Shown in pieces: positions 19,415-29,660 of a stretch of 64,000 nt of DNA; the first letter of the stretch is position 1, and the number at the start of each line of letters is the position of its first letter. The stretch covers positions 1,717 through 65,716 of the forward strand of contig JASJDZ010000024.1 in assembly GCA_030065575.1 (NCBI GenBank). Direction: 5' to 3'. The notes under the pieces are model-generated. The model worked only from the letters and a program-made list of their open reading frames with translations, made no database searches and was not told the DNA's origin. The DNA comes from Acidimicrobiia bacterium. Its GTDB lineage: Bacteria; Actinomycetota; Acidimicrobiia; Spongiisociales; UBA5794. The position numbers were made by a program, and so were the translations under genes.

Positions 19415-20315
19415 CCAGACAATCACTGCCGTACCCGGTGTACTCGTTGGTCACTGGACTGATCTCGATGCGGCCACCGGGGTCACCGTCATCGACCTTC
19501 CCGAGCCCAACCTCGCGGCTTTTGAGGCGAGAGGAGGTGCCCCCGGCACGCGGGAAACCGCCCTGTTGGCTCCGAGCATGAAGCTGGAGACGATTCAGTC
19601 GATTGTGTTCTCGGGCGGATCGGCCTTTGGCCTGGCTACCGCCGACGGGGTGATGCGCGAGTTGGCGGCCGACGGCCGCGGTCACCCCACCCCGGCCGGG
19701 CCGGTCCCGATCGTGCCGGCAGCGATCCTCTATGACCTGTTTGTCGGAGAGAACAAGCCGCCCACCGCAGAGGCAGGTGCCGCGGCCTACCGAGCCAGGA
19801 CTGCAGATCCGGTTGCCCTCGGGTCGGTGGGGGCGGGGACCGGAGCCACGGTCTCGAAATGGTCCGGCTTCGAGAAGATGCGCAAAGCAGGCATCGGATC
19901 GGCGGCGACCCGCGTCGGCACGGCGAGCCTGGGCGTGTTGGCGGCGGTCAATGCCGTGGGTGATGTCGTCGATCTTCGCGGGAACTGGCTCACGGGAGGT
20001 CCGACGCTGCAACCACCCGAAGTCTCCGGGTCCAGACAGAACACCACGCTCGTCGCCGTCGCCACCGATGCTGCCCTGAGCAAGTCCGACCTGCTGCGCT
20101 TGATAGTGCGCAGCCATGATGCACTCGCGGCCACGCTTCGTCCCGCCCATACCCGCTACGACGGGGATATCGTCTTCGCAGTTTCTTGCGGAGAGGAGGC
20201 CGTCGACATGGACCTGCTGGGCGAGGTCACCTTCAACACGACCGCAGCAGCAATCGTGAGTTCGGTCACCAGCGCAACCAGCCTTGCCGGTATCCCGGCT
20301 GTCGACGATGACTGA
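19404..20315 (+). CDS. P1/S58 (DmpA-like) family aminopeptidase
   Basis: ITAVPGVLVGHWTD...TGVTVI....GA.G.RET motif; GTG 19404 overlaps the alr end. Confidence 0.7.
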   Translation: MVSNQTITAVPGVLVGHWTDLDAATGVTVIDLPEPNLAAFEARGGAPGTRETALLAPSMKLETIQSIVFSGGSAFGLATADGVMRELAADGRGHPTPAGPVPIVPAAILYDLFVGENKPPTAEAGAAAYRARTADPVALGSVGAGTGATVSKWSGFEKMRKAGIGSAATRVGTASLGVLAAVNAVGDVVDLRGNWLTGGPTLQPPEVSGSRQNTTLVAVATDAALSKSDLLRLIVRSHDALAATLRPAHTRYDGDIVFAVSCGEEAVDMDLLGEVTFNTTAAAIVSSVTSATSLAGIPAVDDD

Positions 20316-20970
20316 CATACGGCCCGCCGAGGAGCGAGCGGCCGAACTGGCCGAGCTGGCCGCCAGAGTGAATGTCTGCACTGTGTGCCGGCTAGCCGAG
20401 ACTCGCACCAACGTTGTCTTTGGGTCGGGGAATCCCGACGCGGACGTCATGTTCGTTGGAGAGGGCCCCGGCCAGCAGGAGGACGAGCAGGGATTGCCCT
20501 TCGTGGGTAGGTCGGGCCAGCTGCTCGAGCAACTTCTCGGTGAGATCGGGCTTACGCGGGAAGACGTATACATCGGGAATGTTGTCAAGTGCCGACCCCC
20601 GAAGAACCGCGATCCCCGGCAGGATGAGATCGATGCCTGCAAGAGCTACCTGCGAACGCAGCTCGAGTTGATACAGCCAAAGGTGGCGGTGACGCTGGGC
20701 AACTTCGCTTCCAAACTGCTCTTGCGGACCGATACCGGGATCACCCGGTTGCGCGGCAACGCGTACGAATGGTGGGGGAGGTTGTTGGTGCCCACCTATC
20801 ACCCGGCGGCTGCGCTCCGCGGCAGCACGCGGGTACTGGACGAGATGCGGCAGGATTTCCGCACGATCGAAGCCATCATCGCGGGTAAGCTCACGAGGCG
20901 TCCGCCTCAACCGGCCGCCGAACCGGAGCAGCCGGAGCCTGATCCCCAACAATTGGACCTGTTCAATTGA
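20308..20970 (+). CDS. uracil-DNA glycosylase, family 4
   Basis: C..C.L...R...VFG.GNP.A.VMFVGE.PG..ED..G.PFVG.SGQLL and HPAA.LR motifs. Confidence 0.88.
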   Translation: MTDIRPAEERAAELAELAARVNVCTVCRLAETRTNVVFGSGNPDADVMFVGEGPGQQEDEQGLPFVGRSGQLLEQLLGEIGLTREDVYIGNVVKCRPPKNRDPRQDEIDACKSYLRTQLELIQPKVAVTLGNFASKLLLRTDTGITRLRGNAYEWWGRLLVPTYHPAAALRGSTRVLDEMRQDFRTIEAIIAGKLTRRPPQPAAEPEQPEPDPQQLDLFN

Positions 20971-21419
20971 TCGAAATCGCCACCTCCAACCCAGCCGAAA
21001 CGCTGGCACTCGGGCGTCGCCTCGCCGCAATGCTGAGTGCCGGTGATGTCGTCTTGCTCGCCGGGCAGCTCGGCGCCGGCAAGACCATGTTCGCCGCTGG
21101 TGTCGGCGAGGGCCTCGGGGTCGAGGAGCAGCTGACCAGCCCGTCGTTCATCCTGGCAAGGGCGCATCAGGGATTCATGCCGCTCGTCCACGCCGACGTG
21201 TATCGGCTCGGCACCAGTGCAGAGTTCGAGGACCTGGATCTTCCCGAGCAGGCTCGTGACGGTGTGTTGTTGATCGAGTGGGGTGATGCCGTTGCCCATG
21301 GTGTCCCCGATGACCACCTGCTGGTGAAGATCGACATCACCGGAGAGTCAGAGAGGGTGTTCCGGTTCAAAGCTTGCGGAGCCTGGTCAGAGCGGCCGCT
21401 AGAGGAGCTGACGTCGTGA
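20967..21419 (+). CDS. tsaE: tRNA t6A biosynthesis ATPase TsaE
   Basis: 150 aa; L.G.LGAGKT.F..G...GLG........SP.F; part of the tsaE-tsaB-rimI-tsaD operon. Confidence 0.9.
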   Translation: MIEIATSNPAETLALGRRLAAMLSAGDVVLLAGQLGAGKTMFAAGVGEGLGVEEQLTSPSFILARAHQGFMPLVHADVYRLGTSAEFEDLDLPEQARDGVLLIEWGDAVAHGVPDDHLLVKIDITGESERVFRFKACGAWSERPLEELTS

Positions 21420-22132
21420 GGATCCTGGCGATAGACACTGCGACGAGCGCGTCCTCGGTCGCCCTCGGCGAGGGAGACCAGCTGGTAGCCATGTCGGTTC
21501 GCGTGGACCGGCGCGGGCACGGCGGATTCCTCGTCCCCGCCATCGATTTTGCGTTCTCCAGCGCAGACTGGAAGCCGCGGGACATAGATGTCATCGCGGT
21601 CGACGTTGGCCCCGGCCTCTTCACCGGCATCCGGGCCGGAATCTCCACGGCACAGGCGATCGCCGCGGCCATCGGTGCGCCGCTAGTGACTGTGAGTTCG
21701 CTGACGGCGCTGGCCGTTCGGGCTGCGACCGGGCACCGACGAATCTGGCCCGTTGTTGACATCCGGCGCGGGCAGTACGCCACCCGTCCGTTCCGCCCAT
21801 TCCCGGGGGGCGTGGCCCCAGACGGTCCCGCGGAGATCGTTTCCGCTGAGGGGCTGCGCAGCCTCATTGAGTCGGACGCAGATGACACTCTGATCGTCGG
21901 CGACACGGCCGGATTTCCGGCCACTGTGATGAGGGGTCTACATCGCACCAAGATCGGTCGGCCTCGCTACCCATCGGCCGACGTGCTGCTGGAGATCGGT
22001 GCCATCAAGGCGGATCGTGGCGATTTGGTCAGGCCGGAGGATGTCCGCCCGCTCTACATGCGGGAGCCCGACGCCCAGATCAACTGGAGCGACTTCCGCG
22101 AGGAAGGCGTCTGGCCGGGGGCTGCAGAATGA
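21416..22132 (+). CDS. tsaB: tRNA t6A biosynthesis protein TsaB
   Basis: VRILAIDTATSA... start; GTGA overlap with the tsaE stop; DVGPGLFTG.R.G. Confidence 0.88.
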   Translation: MRILAIDTATSASSVALGEGDQLVAMSVRVDRRGHGGFLVPAIDFAFSSADWKPRDIDVIAVDVGPGLFTGIRAGISTAQAIAAAIGAPLVTVSSLTALAVRAATGHRRIWPVVDIRRGQYATRPFRPFPGGVAPDGPAEIVSAEGLRSLIESDADDTLIVGDTAGFPATVMRGLHRTKIGRPRYPSADVLLEIGAIKADRGDLVRPEDVRPLYMREPDAQINWSDFREEGVWPGAAE

Positions 22133-22641
22133 TGGCCGCAACCCTCTCTATCTCGTTCCGCCCGATGCGGGTAGGCGATATCGCCACCGTGCTTGACATC
22201 GAGCGCCGCACCTATCCCGAGCCTTGGAGCGAGGGCGTGTTCCGGGATGAGTTGAATCAGCCGAGTCGCGTCTATCTCGTTGCTGAGGCGGAGGGCGAGA
22301 TGGTCGGCTTCGCAGGGTTGATGCTTGTCGAGGAGGATGCGCATGTGACGACCCTGGCCGTCGACTCTGCCATCCGGCAGCGCTCCGTTGGCACACAGCT
22401 GATGTTGGAGTTGATCGCGGCCGGGCTCGACCGAGGCGCCCGCAATCTGACGCTCGAAGTGCGGGCGACGAACGAGGGAGCACAGCGCCTATACAGCCGC
22501 TTCGGCATGTCTGCGGTGGGCGTGCGCAAGCACTACTACCGGGATGATGATGCGGTGATTATGTGGGTGACCGATATCGACCAGCCCGAGTACGGCGAGC
22601 GGCTCAACGAGATCCGGGCCCTTGTGGAGGAGAGGCGATGA
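22129..22641 (+). CDS. rimI: ribosomal-protein-alanine N-acetyltransferase
   Basis: 170 aa GNAT; L.V....RQRSVGT.L; conserved position between tsaB and tsaD. Confidence 0.85.
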   Translation: MMAATLSISFRPMRVGDIATVLDIERRTYPEPWSEGVFRDELNQPSRVYLVAEAEGEMVGFAGLMLVEEDAHVTTLAVDSAIRQRSVGTQLMLELIAAGLDRGARNLTLEVRATNEGAQRLYSRFGMSAVGVRKHYYRDDDAVIMWVTDIDQPEYGERLNEIRALVEERR

Positions 22642-23651
22642 GCAATCCGCTGATCCTGGGTATAGAAACCAGTTGCGACGAGACCGGCGTGGCCGTAGTA
22701 CGCGGACATGAGGTCCTGGCCTCGGTGCTGTCCTCACAGGTCGATGCTCACGCCCGCTTTGGTGGTGTTGTGCCCGAGGTCGCCGCCCGGGCCCACGTCG
22801 AGGCGATCCGACCGATGGCCCATCTCGCTCTGCGTCAGGCCGGTGTGCACTCCGACCAGCTCGACGCAGTTGCTGCGACTCGCGGGCCTGGTCTCGTCGG
22901 TGCCCTCATGGTCGGCTACTCATTTGCCAAGGCGCTGGCCTGGACGCTCGAAACTCCGTTCATTGGTGTTGATCACATGGAGGGTCACCTTTTTGCACCG
23001 CGGCTGGAGCACAACGAGTTTGAACCACCGGCAGTTGTCCTGCTCGCTTCGGGCGGGCACAGTCAGATCGTCCACGTTCGCAGCTGGGGTACCTATGAGG
23101 TACTCGGCTCTACGATCGATGATGCCGCAGGCGAAGCATTCGACAAGATTGCCCGCTTCATGGGTCTTGGCTTCCCGGGCGGGCCGGCGATCGACCGCGC
23201 AGCAAGTGACGGGGACCCCACGATCGTGAAGTTCCCCAGGGCTTTGCGTGATCGCCCCTACGACTTCTCCTTCTCCGGATTGAAGACCTCTGTTGTCACG
23301 TTCCTCGAGAAGGCCAAAGCCTCCAACACGGTGCCCCCTCTTCCCGACGTGGCCGCTGCAGTGCAGGAGGCCATTGTCGACGTTCTGGTCGACAAGACCT
23401 TCAACGCCGTCGAAGCCACGGGTGTCGATCGGGTTGCGGGAGGTGGCGGGGTGCTGGCCAATCGCCGCCTGCGAGCCAGGCTCCAGGATCAGGCGGATCG
23501 CCGGGGTGTCGCCCTACATTTGCCCTCTCCCGCGCTGTGTACCGACAATGGGGCGATGATCGCCGCGGCGGGGGAGTTCCGGCTCGAGCGCGGGGACCTG
23601 ACGCCCTGGGACATCGACGTCAGTTCATCATTGCGCCTCGCCGACCTGTGA
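22638..23651 (+). CDS. tsaD: tRNA N6-adenosine threonylcarbamoyltransferase
   Basis: MSNPLILGIETSCDETGVAVV; HMEGHL; ATGA overlap with the rimI stop. Confidence 0.95.
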   Translation: MSNPLILGIETSCDETGVAVVRGHEVLASVLSSQVDAHARFGGVVPEVAARAHVEAIRPMAHLALRQAGVHSDQLDAVAATRGPGLVGALMVGYSFAKALAWTLETPFIGVDHMEGHLFAPRLEHNEFEPPAVVLLASGGHSQIVHVRSWGTYEVLGSTIDDAAGEAFDKIARFMGLGFPGGPAIDRAASDGDPTIVKFPRALRDRPYDFSFSGLKTSVVTFLEKAKASNTVPPLPDVAAAVQEAIVDVLVDKTFNAVEATGVDRVAGGGGVLANRRLRARLQDQADRRGVALHLPSPALCTDNGAMIAAAGEFRLERGDLTPWDIDVSSSLRLADL

Positions 23652-23661
23652 CGGCCGGCTA

Positions 23662-24771
23662 ATGCGACGCGGTTTCCGAATCGGTTCGGTGCGGGGCATC
23701 GAGGTAATCGCCGATCTGTCGCTTCTGATCATTGCCGGTTTGCTCACCTGGTCGCTTTACGTCGATTTGGACGCCGCCTTCCCTTCCACCAGCTCAAATG
23801 CCCTGCTGATCGCGGCGCTTGTCGGTGGCGGATTGTTCTTCGGCAGTGTCTTCCTTCACGAGCTGAGCCATTCCCTGGTTGCGCTCCGCCGGGGGCTGCG
23901 AGTACGACGCATCCGGCTCTTCATCTTTGGCGGCGTGTCGGAGATCGAGGAGGAAGCGGAAACTCCGGGCGACGAACTAGCAGTGACGCTGGCGGGACCC
24001 GCGGCATCCATGGGTCTCGGCGTTCTGTTCATTGCGATTGGCTGGCCCCTGGCGTCCACTCTGGAGCTTCCGGCTCGGATCGCGTTGATCATCGGCGTTG
24101 CCAACGTGTCGATCGCCCTGTTCAACTTGCTTCCCGGATTGCCGCTTGACGGCGGGCGGATGCTGCGGGCGCTGCTCTGGCGGCGCAGCGGGGACCGCAG
24201 CCGCGGTACCCGCATTGCGGTCCGGACGGGCCGGGCCATGGGCGTTCTCCTGGGTCTGACCGGTATCGCTCTGGTCGCGGTACTCGGCAATTTCACAGCC
24301 ATCTGGTTCATTGCGGTGGGTTGGTTCCTGTACGAGGCGGCTTCGACTTCCGCCGTCCAGGAGCAGTTCATGTCCCGGATCGAGGGTCTTTCGGTGGCCG
24401 ATGTCATGCGCCGAACCGAGCTGGCCGTCGATGGTGACATGTCCGTCGGTGCTGCGCTGGAGATGCACGGGTGGGGCGACAAGCTGCGGTCCCTGCCGGT
24501 TGCGGTTGACGGCCGGGTGCTGGGAGTGCTCGGTACCCGCGAGGTGCGGCGAGTTGACGACACCTCTCGGCAGGGGACTCTGGTGCGGGATGCGATGACC
24601 CCCATCGGCCCTGGCGACGTGGTCGCCGCCGACACGCCGCTTCGTGAAGCGCTCGCGATGCGCGAGGGAGCAGCCGGCGTTCTCGTGGTCGTCGCAGAAG
24701 GCGAGGTTGCCGGGGTCCTCACCGCTGAAGAACTAGCGACCGTGTTTGGAGATCTACGGAGACGGCGCTAG
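23662..24771 (+). CDS. site-2 (M50) family metalloprotease with C-terminal CBS pair
   Basis: 369 aa; HELSHSL zinc motif in a TM helix; NLLPGLPLDGG; C-terminal CBS-like repeats. Confidence 0.85.
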   Translation: MRRGFRIGSVRGIEVIADLSLLIIAGLLTWSLYVDLDAAFPSTSSNALLIAALVGGGLFFGSVFLHELSHSLVALRRGLRVRRIRLFIFGGVSEIEEEAETPGDELAVTLAGPAASMGLGVLFIAIGWPLASTLELPARIALIIGVANVSIALFNLLPGLPLDGGRMLRALLWRRSGDRSRGTRIAVRTGRAMGVLLGLTGIALVAVLGNFTAIWFIAVGWFLYEAASTSAVQEQFMSRIEGLSVADVMRRTELAVDGDMSVGAALEMHGWGDKLRSLPVAVDGRVLGVLGTREVRRVDDTSRQGTLVRDAMTPIGPGDVVAADTPLREALAMREGAAGVLVVVAEGEVAGVLTAEELATVFGDLRRRR

Positions 24772-24846
24772 ATCTGAGCGTATAGGACTCAGATGTCCTG
24801 AACCGTTTCGGTTCACTTACTCTTGTGCTTTCGGTGTGAATTACCG

Positions 24847-24873
24847 CTAGCACTTGCCTGGGGAGAGTGCTAA
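24847..24873 (+). promoter_or_regulatory. CIRCE operator 1 (HrcA site)
   Basis: CTAGCACTT-N9-GAGTGCTAA versus the consensus TTAGCACTC-N9-GAGTGCTAA. Confidence 0.85.
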
Positions 24874-24876
24874 GCT

Positions 24877-24903
24877 CTAGCAGTCGAAAGATCAGACTGC
24901 TAA
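24877..24903 (+). promoter_or_regulatory. CIRCE-like operator 2 (variant with a swapped base pair)
   Basis: CTAGCAGTC-N9-GACTGCTAA; same geometry, C/G swapped symmetrically in both arms; centre lies 30 bp from operator 1. Confidence 0.7.
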
Positions 24904-24924
24904 CCCTCGGAAGGAGGAAGTCGG

Positions 24925-25212
24925 ATGAATCTCAAACCCCTGGGTGACCGGATCGTGGTCAAGCCCGAGGAAGAGGCCGAGTCGCGGACTGCCAGTGGAC
25001 TCGTGATTCCCGATACCGCCAAGGAAAAGCCCCAGTTGGGCAAGGTACTTGCGGTAGGCCCCGGCGAATTCAAGGACGGGGAGCGGATTCCGCTCGACGT
25101 CAGCGTCGGAGATGTTGTTTTCTACTCGAAGTACGGCGGCACCGAGGTCAAGGTTGAGGGTACTGATTACCTCATCCTCTCTGCCCGCGACGTACTCGCT
25201 GTTCTGGCCTAG
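24925..25212 (+). CDS. groES: co-chaperonin GroES
   Basis: 95 aa; [36 protein letters not shown]. Confidence 0.97.
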   Translation: MNLKPLGDRIVVKPEEEAESRTASGLVIPDTAKEKPQLGKVLAVGPGEFKDGERIPLDVSVGDVVFYSKYGGTEVKVEGTDYLILSARDVLAVLA

Positions 25213-26868
<1,656 letters not shown>

Positions 26869-26900
26869 CACGGAGTTTCGGCGACTCCGTCGCCGAATCG

Positions 26901-27213
26901 TACCGATACGAGTTCGGGCCCCGATAGGGGCCCGAATCTCGTTGAGGCCACCCCCGCCGCTGGCGGCGGGGGAGCAGAGTGCGCGACATTGGCCTGCAAG
27001 GCAGGCGAGTCCTACCGATGCGATTTCGGGCCCCGAAAGGGGCTCCAAATCTTTGAGGCCACCCCCGCCGCTGGCGGCGGGGGAGCAGAGTGCGCGACAT
27101 TGCCTGCGACTTCGCCGATGCAATCCGAGAAGGCTCTGGAGCCTCGAAAGGGGCCCCGAACTCATGAGGCCCCCGCTGCCGCTTGCGGCAGGGGAGCCAA
27201 GTGCGCGGCATTG
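26901..27213 (+). repeat. three tandem two-hairpin units (periods about 112 and 100 nt) in the groEL 3' region
   Basis: Identical 49-mer at 26943-26991 and 27054-27102, plus a diverged third unit; each unit is hairpin 1 (GNRA-type loop), hairpin 2 (CUNG loop) and a conserved AGTGCGCG(A/G)CATTG tail. Confidence 0.9.
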
Positions 27214-27228
27214 CGACACGAAACCCGA

Positions 27229-27274
27229 GTCTGGCGTAGATAGCGGCGTAATAGCGCCGGACGCTACGCCAGAC
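27229..27274 (+). repeat. REP-like palindrome, family 1 (GTCTGGCGTAG...CTACGCCAGAC)
   Basis: Perfect 11-bp outer stem enclosing inner hairpin CGGCG-TAATAG-CGCCG; lies between convergent groEL and the GerMN gene. Confidence 0.8.
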
Positions 27275-27278
27275 GCGT

Positions 27279-28031
27279 CTAGCCCAGCTGGGCGCTCCAC
27301 TCGGCCCGGGTGATCGGGTCGCACTCCTCGGCGCCGATCTGCTGCCAAAAGGCGTCGCAGGAACCGTTCAGCCGGTACTCGACCGCGCTGATCGAGCTGA
27401 ACTGGAACACGTTGGCGTTGAGAGTCGACAGGAAGACCTGCGCACCCTCGATAGTTGCTACCCCGGGAGGCAGGATGTCGTTGCTGCCGAACTCGATGTA
27501 GGCCGTGCCGTCGACGATGCTGACGCCCTGGAACGAACCGTCGGCGCTTGCCGGCAACGGATTGCGGAAGCCGAGTTGCGTCTCTTCGAGGTCCAGCCCG
27601 GCAGTCATCTCCCGCATGGTCGTAGTGAGGACGAGATCTGTAGCCGGGACAACCCGGTAGACGTAGGTACCCCTGGCTAGATCCGTGCCACCACACGGGA
27701 AGAACACACGCAGCACAGTCGTGCCTTCGTTCTCCTCGGGAGGCTCTTCGAGGCAGACTGCGGGGATGGCGACCGCGGCTGTAGTGGTTGTCACCGTATC
27801 CTGGGTGACGTCCGATCCGTCCTCGCCGGATCCTGGTTCCTCGACAGTGGTCTCCGTCGGGGTTTCATCAGTGTCACCGGCGGCGGCAACCGGTGCCGTC
27901 GTACTCGGTGCTTGGGTGGCCCCCGGTGGCTCCAGCAGGTTCCGGAACGACGTGATCACAATCAGCGCCAGCACAACACTGACGGCTGCGGTCAGCCCGC
28001 GTTGGATCATCTGCAGTGTGCGTCGGTCCAT
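27279..28031 (-). CDS. GerMN-domain secreted/membrane-anchored protein
   Basis: 250 aa; N-terminal TM, T/P/E-rich linker, C-terminal region resembling GerMN domains (VFFPCGG...YVYRVVP...GVSIVDGTAYIEF). Confidence 0.55.
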   Translation of the reverse strand: MDRRTLQMIQRGLTAAVSVVLALIVITSFRNLLEPPGATQAPSTTAPVAAAGDTDETPTETTVEEPGSGEDGSDVTQDTVTTTTAAVAIPAVCLEEPPEENEGTTVLRVFFPCGGTDLARGTYVYRVVPATDLVLTTTMREMTAGLDLEETQLGFRNPLPASADGSFQGVSIVDGTAYIEFGSNDILPPGVATIEGAQVFLSTLNANVFQFSSISAVEYRLNGSCDAFWQQIGAEECDPITRAEWSAQLG

Positions 28032-28114
28032 ACCGGCACCCTAACGAGTGTTGCTCCAGATGAAACGCTTTGCGGACGCCCCTAGGTTCCCGCCCTGCCC
28101 GCGTCTGAGTGCAG

Positions 28115-28711
28115 TCAGACCCAGGCTTCGGCTTCGTAGCGGCGCCGTTCGTATCTCCACTCCCGATCAAGTAGGCCCCAGACCGTGTGGTCCAACCACT
28201 CGTGTCCCACCTTGACCTCATCGCGGAGGGTGCCTTCTTTCAGGAACCCGAGCTTCTGAACAATGCGCTCTGATGCCAAATTGCCTACGGCAATCCGGGT
28301 GACTACCCGGTGCATTTTGAGCTCTTCGAAGGCAATCTGAAGTGCTCGCGCCGTGGCCTCAGTGCCAAACCCCTCGCCGGTCGCGTCGCTGCGAATCCAG
28401 TAGCCGACCTCGCCGATCGAGTTGACTCGTGACGTGAACCAGACCGAGACATTGCCGAGGTGATGGGCTTCGTCATCGAGTGCCCGAATGGCGAAATCGA
28501 AGGCACGCCCGCTTGCCCAGGCGCCGATCGAGTCCCGGACGAACTGGGCGGTAACGCTCCTCTGGTAGTTGACTGCCCAGGGGAGGTACTCGGCCAACTC
28601 GGGCAGAGATGCGCGCACCGCTTCGTGCACCGGTGTTGTGTCCTTGCGCCGAAATGGGCGAAGTACCAGGCGCGGTGAGTACCGCGGATCGTGACCAAGT
28701 AGCTGTGCCAT
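28115..28711 (-). CDS. GNAT family N-acetyltransferase (RimJ/RimL-like)
   Basis: 198 aa; LRPF...D......., GYW......G.G..TEA..A....AF....HR.......N..S......K.GF..EG motif order. Confidence 0.8.
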   Translation of the reverse strand: MAQLLGHDPRYSPRLVLRPFRRKDTTPVHEAVRASLPELAEYLPWAVNYQRSVTAQFVRDSIGAWASGRAFDFAIRALDDEAHHLGNVSVWFTSRVNSIGEVGYWIRSDATGEGFGTEATARALQIAFEELKMHRVVTRIAVGNLASERIVQKLGFLKEGTLRDEVKVGHEWLDHTVWGLLDREWRYERRRYEAEAWV

Positions 28712-28749
28712 CGACCGCAGCTTATCCAGCTATCCCGTAAGGTGCGTCC

Positions 28750-29295
28750 GTGCACGACATTTGGACCCGTCTTGAGGCATTGCCATCGGTCCAGTACCCA
28801 GCCGAGGCTAAGTCGGCGGTATTGGTGCCGCTCTATCGCGATCAGCACCAGCGGGTTCGAGTGATCCTCACCCGACGCCCCGACCATATGCGTACCCATC
28901 CCGGCGACGTTGTCTTCCCGGGTGGGCGGCTGGAACCGGGAGAATCACCGGAAGCGACCGCAATCCGGGAGGCATGCGAGGAAATCGGGTTACCTCCCGA
29001 TGGTGTCGAGGTAGTCGGTGGGCTCAGCCCAACTACGACGCGCAGCCGGCGCAACTTGATCGTTCCGGTCGTGGCCAAGGTGCGGCGTCCAGATCAGTAC
29101 GTGCTGCAGGAGGAAGAAGTCGCAGCCGTAATCGAACCGACCATGATGGAACTTCTCGATGACGGCCGGTGGCGGACGTCCTTGTGGTTTGGCCGCCGCA
29201 TGTGGTTCTACGACTTCCCCGAGGGGACCATGTGGGGAGCCACCGCCTTCATGATGCGTGAGTTCCTGGGCTGGCTCCGCGGCGAGTCCGACTAG
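28750..29295 (+). CDS. NUDIX hydrolase (CoA pyrophosphatase-like)
   Basis: 181 aa; Nudix box FPGGRLEPGESPEATAIREACEEIGL; upstream LTRR.....H.G motif typical of the CoA pyrophosphatase subfamily. Confidence 0.75.
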   Translation: MHDIWTRLEALPSVQYPAEAKSAVLVPLYRDQHQRVRVILTRRPDHMRTHPGDVVFPGGRLEPGESPEATAIREACEEIGLPPDGVEVVGGLSPTTTRSRRNLIVPVVAKVRRPDQYVLQEEEVAAVIEPTMMELLDDGRWRTSLWFGRRMWFYDFPEGTMWGATAFMMREFLGWLRGESD

Positions 29296-29660
29296 AGGGG
29301 TCCCTGGGTCACGGCGTAGAGCGTCGCCACGATGCTGGCGCCGAGGGCAGCAAGCAGCATCACCATCTGGGCGGGAGTCAGCTTGCTCAGGAACCGGTAG
29401 ATCGCGGGCTGGCGGGGATGCGGGCTTGGCTCATCGGCCGCATCGGTGGCGATGATCTCACGAGCCTCATCGGCCACCGCCGTCAGCACGAGCACCTTGT
29501 AGCCACCCGTGATCATCTGCATCATCGGAAAGGCGCCACCCAGGTTGTCGGCCGTGACCAGAGCGTCGATCCCGGCTTCGTCGAGGATCGCCACAGCCAG
29601 GTCGGCTTCGAGTCTGGTGTTGAATGCGGCTACTTCAGATGTCGGTTCCATCGCCTGCAT
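29292..29660 (-). CDS. DUF2007-like small protein with C-terminal TM helix
   Basis: 122 aa; N-terminal beta-alpha-beta region LEADLAVAILDEAGIDALV...YKVLV; C-terminal MVMLLAALGASIVATLYAV; overlaps the end of the decarboxylase gene. Confidence 0.45.
   Translation of the reverse strand: MQAMEPTSEVAAFNTRLEADLAVAILDEAGIDALVTADNLGGAFPMMQMITGGYKVLVLTAVADEAREIIATDAADEPSPHPRQPAIYRFLSKLTPAQMVMLLAALGASIVATLYAVTQGPL

Noticed and set aside
26901-27213. Possible CRISPR array downstream of groEL
   Set aside because: There are only three units. The conserved part is longer than a CRISPR repeat (49 nt or more) and contains two hairpins. The inter-repeat segments are homologous to each other rather than unique spacers. 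No cas genes are in the window.
26942-27313. 123-aa + strand ORF with a thrice-repeated RPPPPLAAGEQSARH peptide
   Set aside because: The peptide repeats are simply the translation of the tandem DNA repeat. There is no SD. The variation between units preserves nucleic-acid stems rather than the protein sequence.
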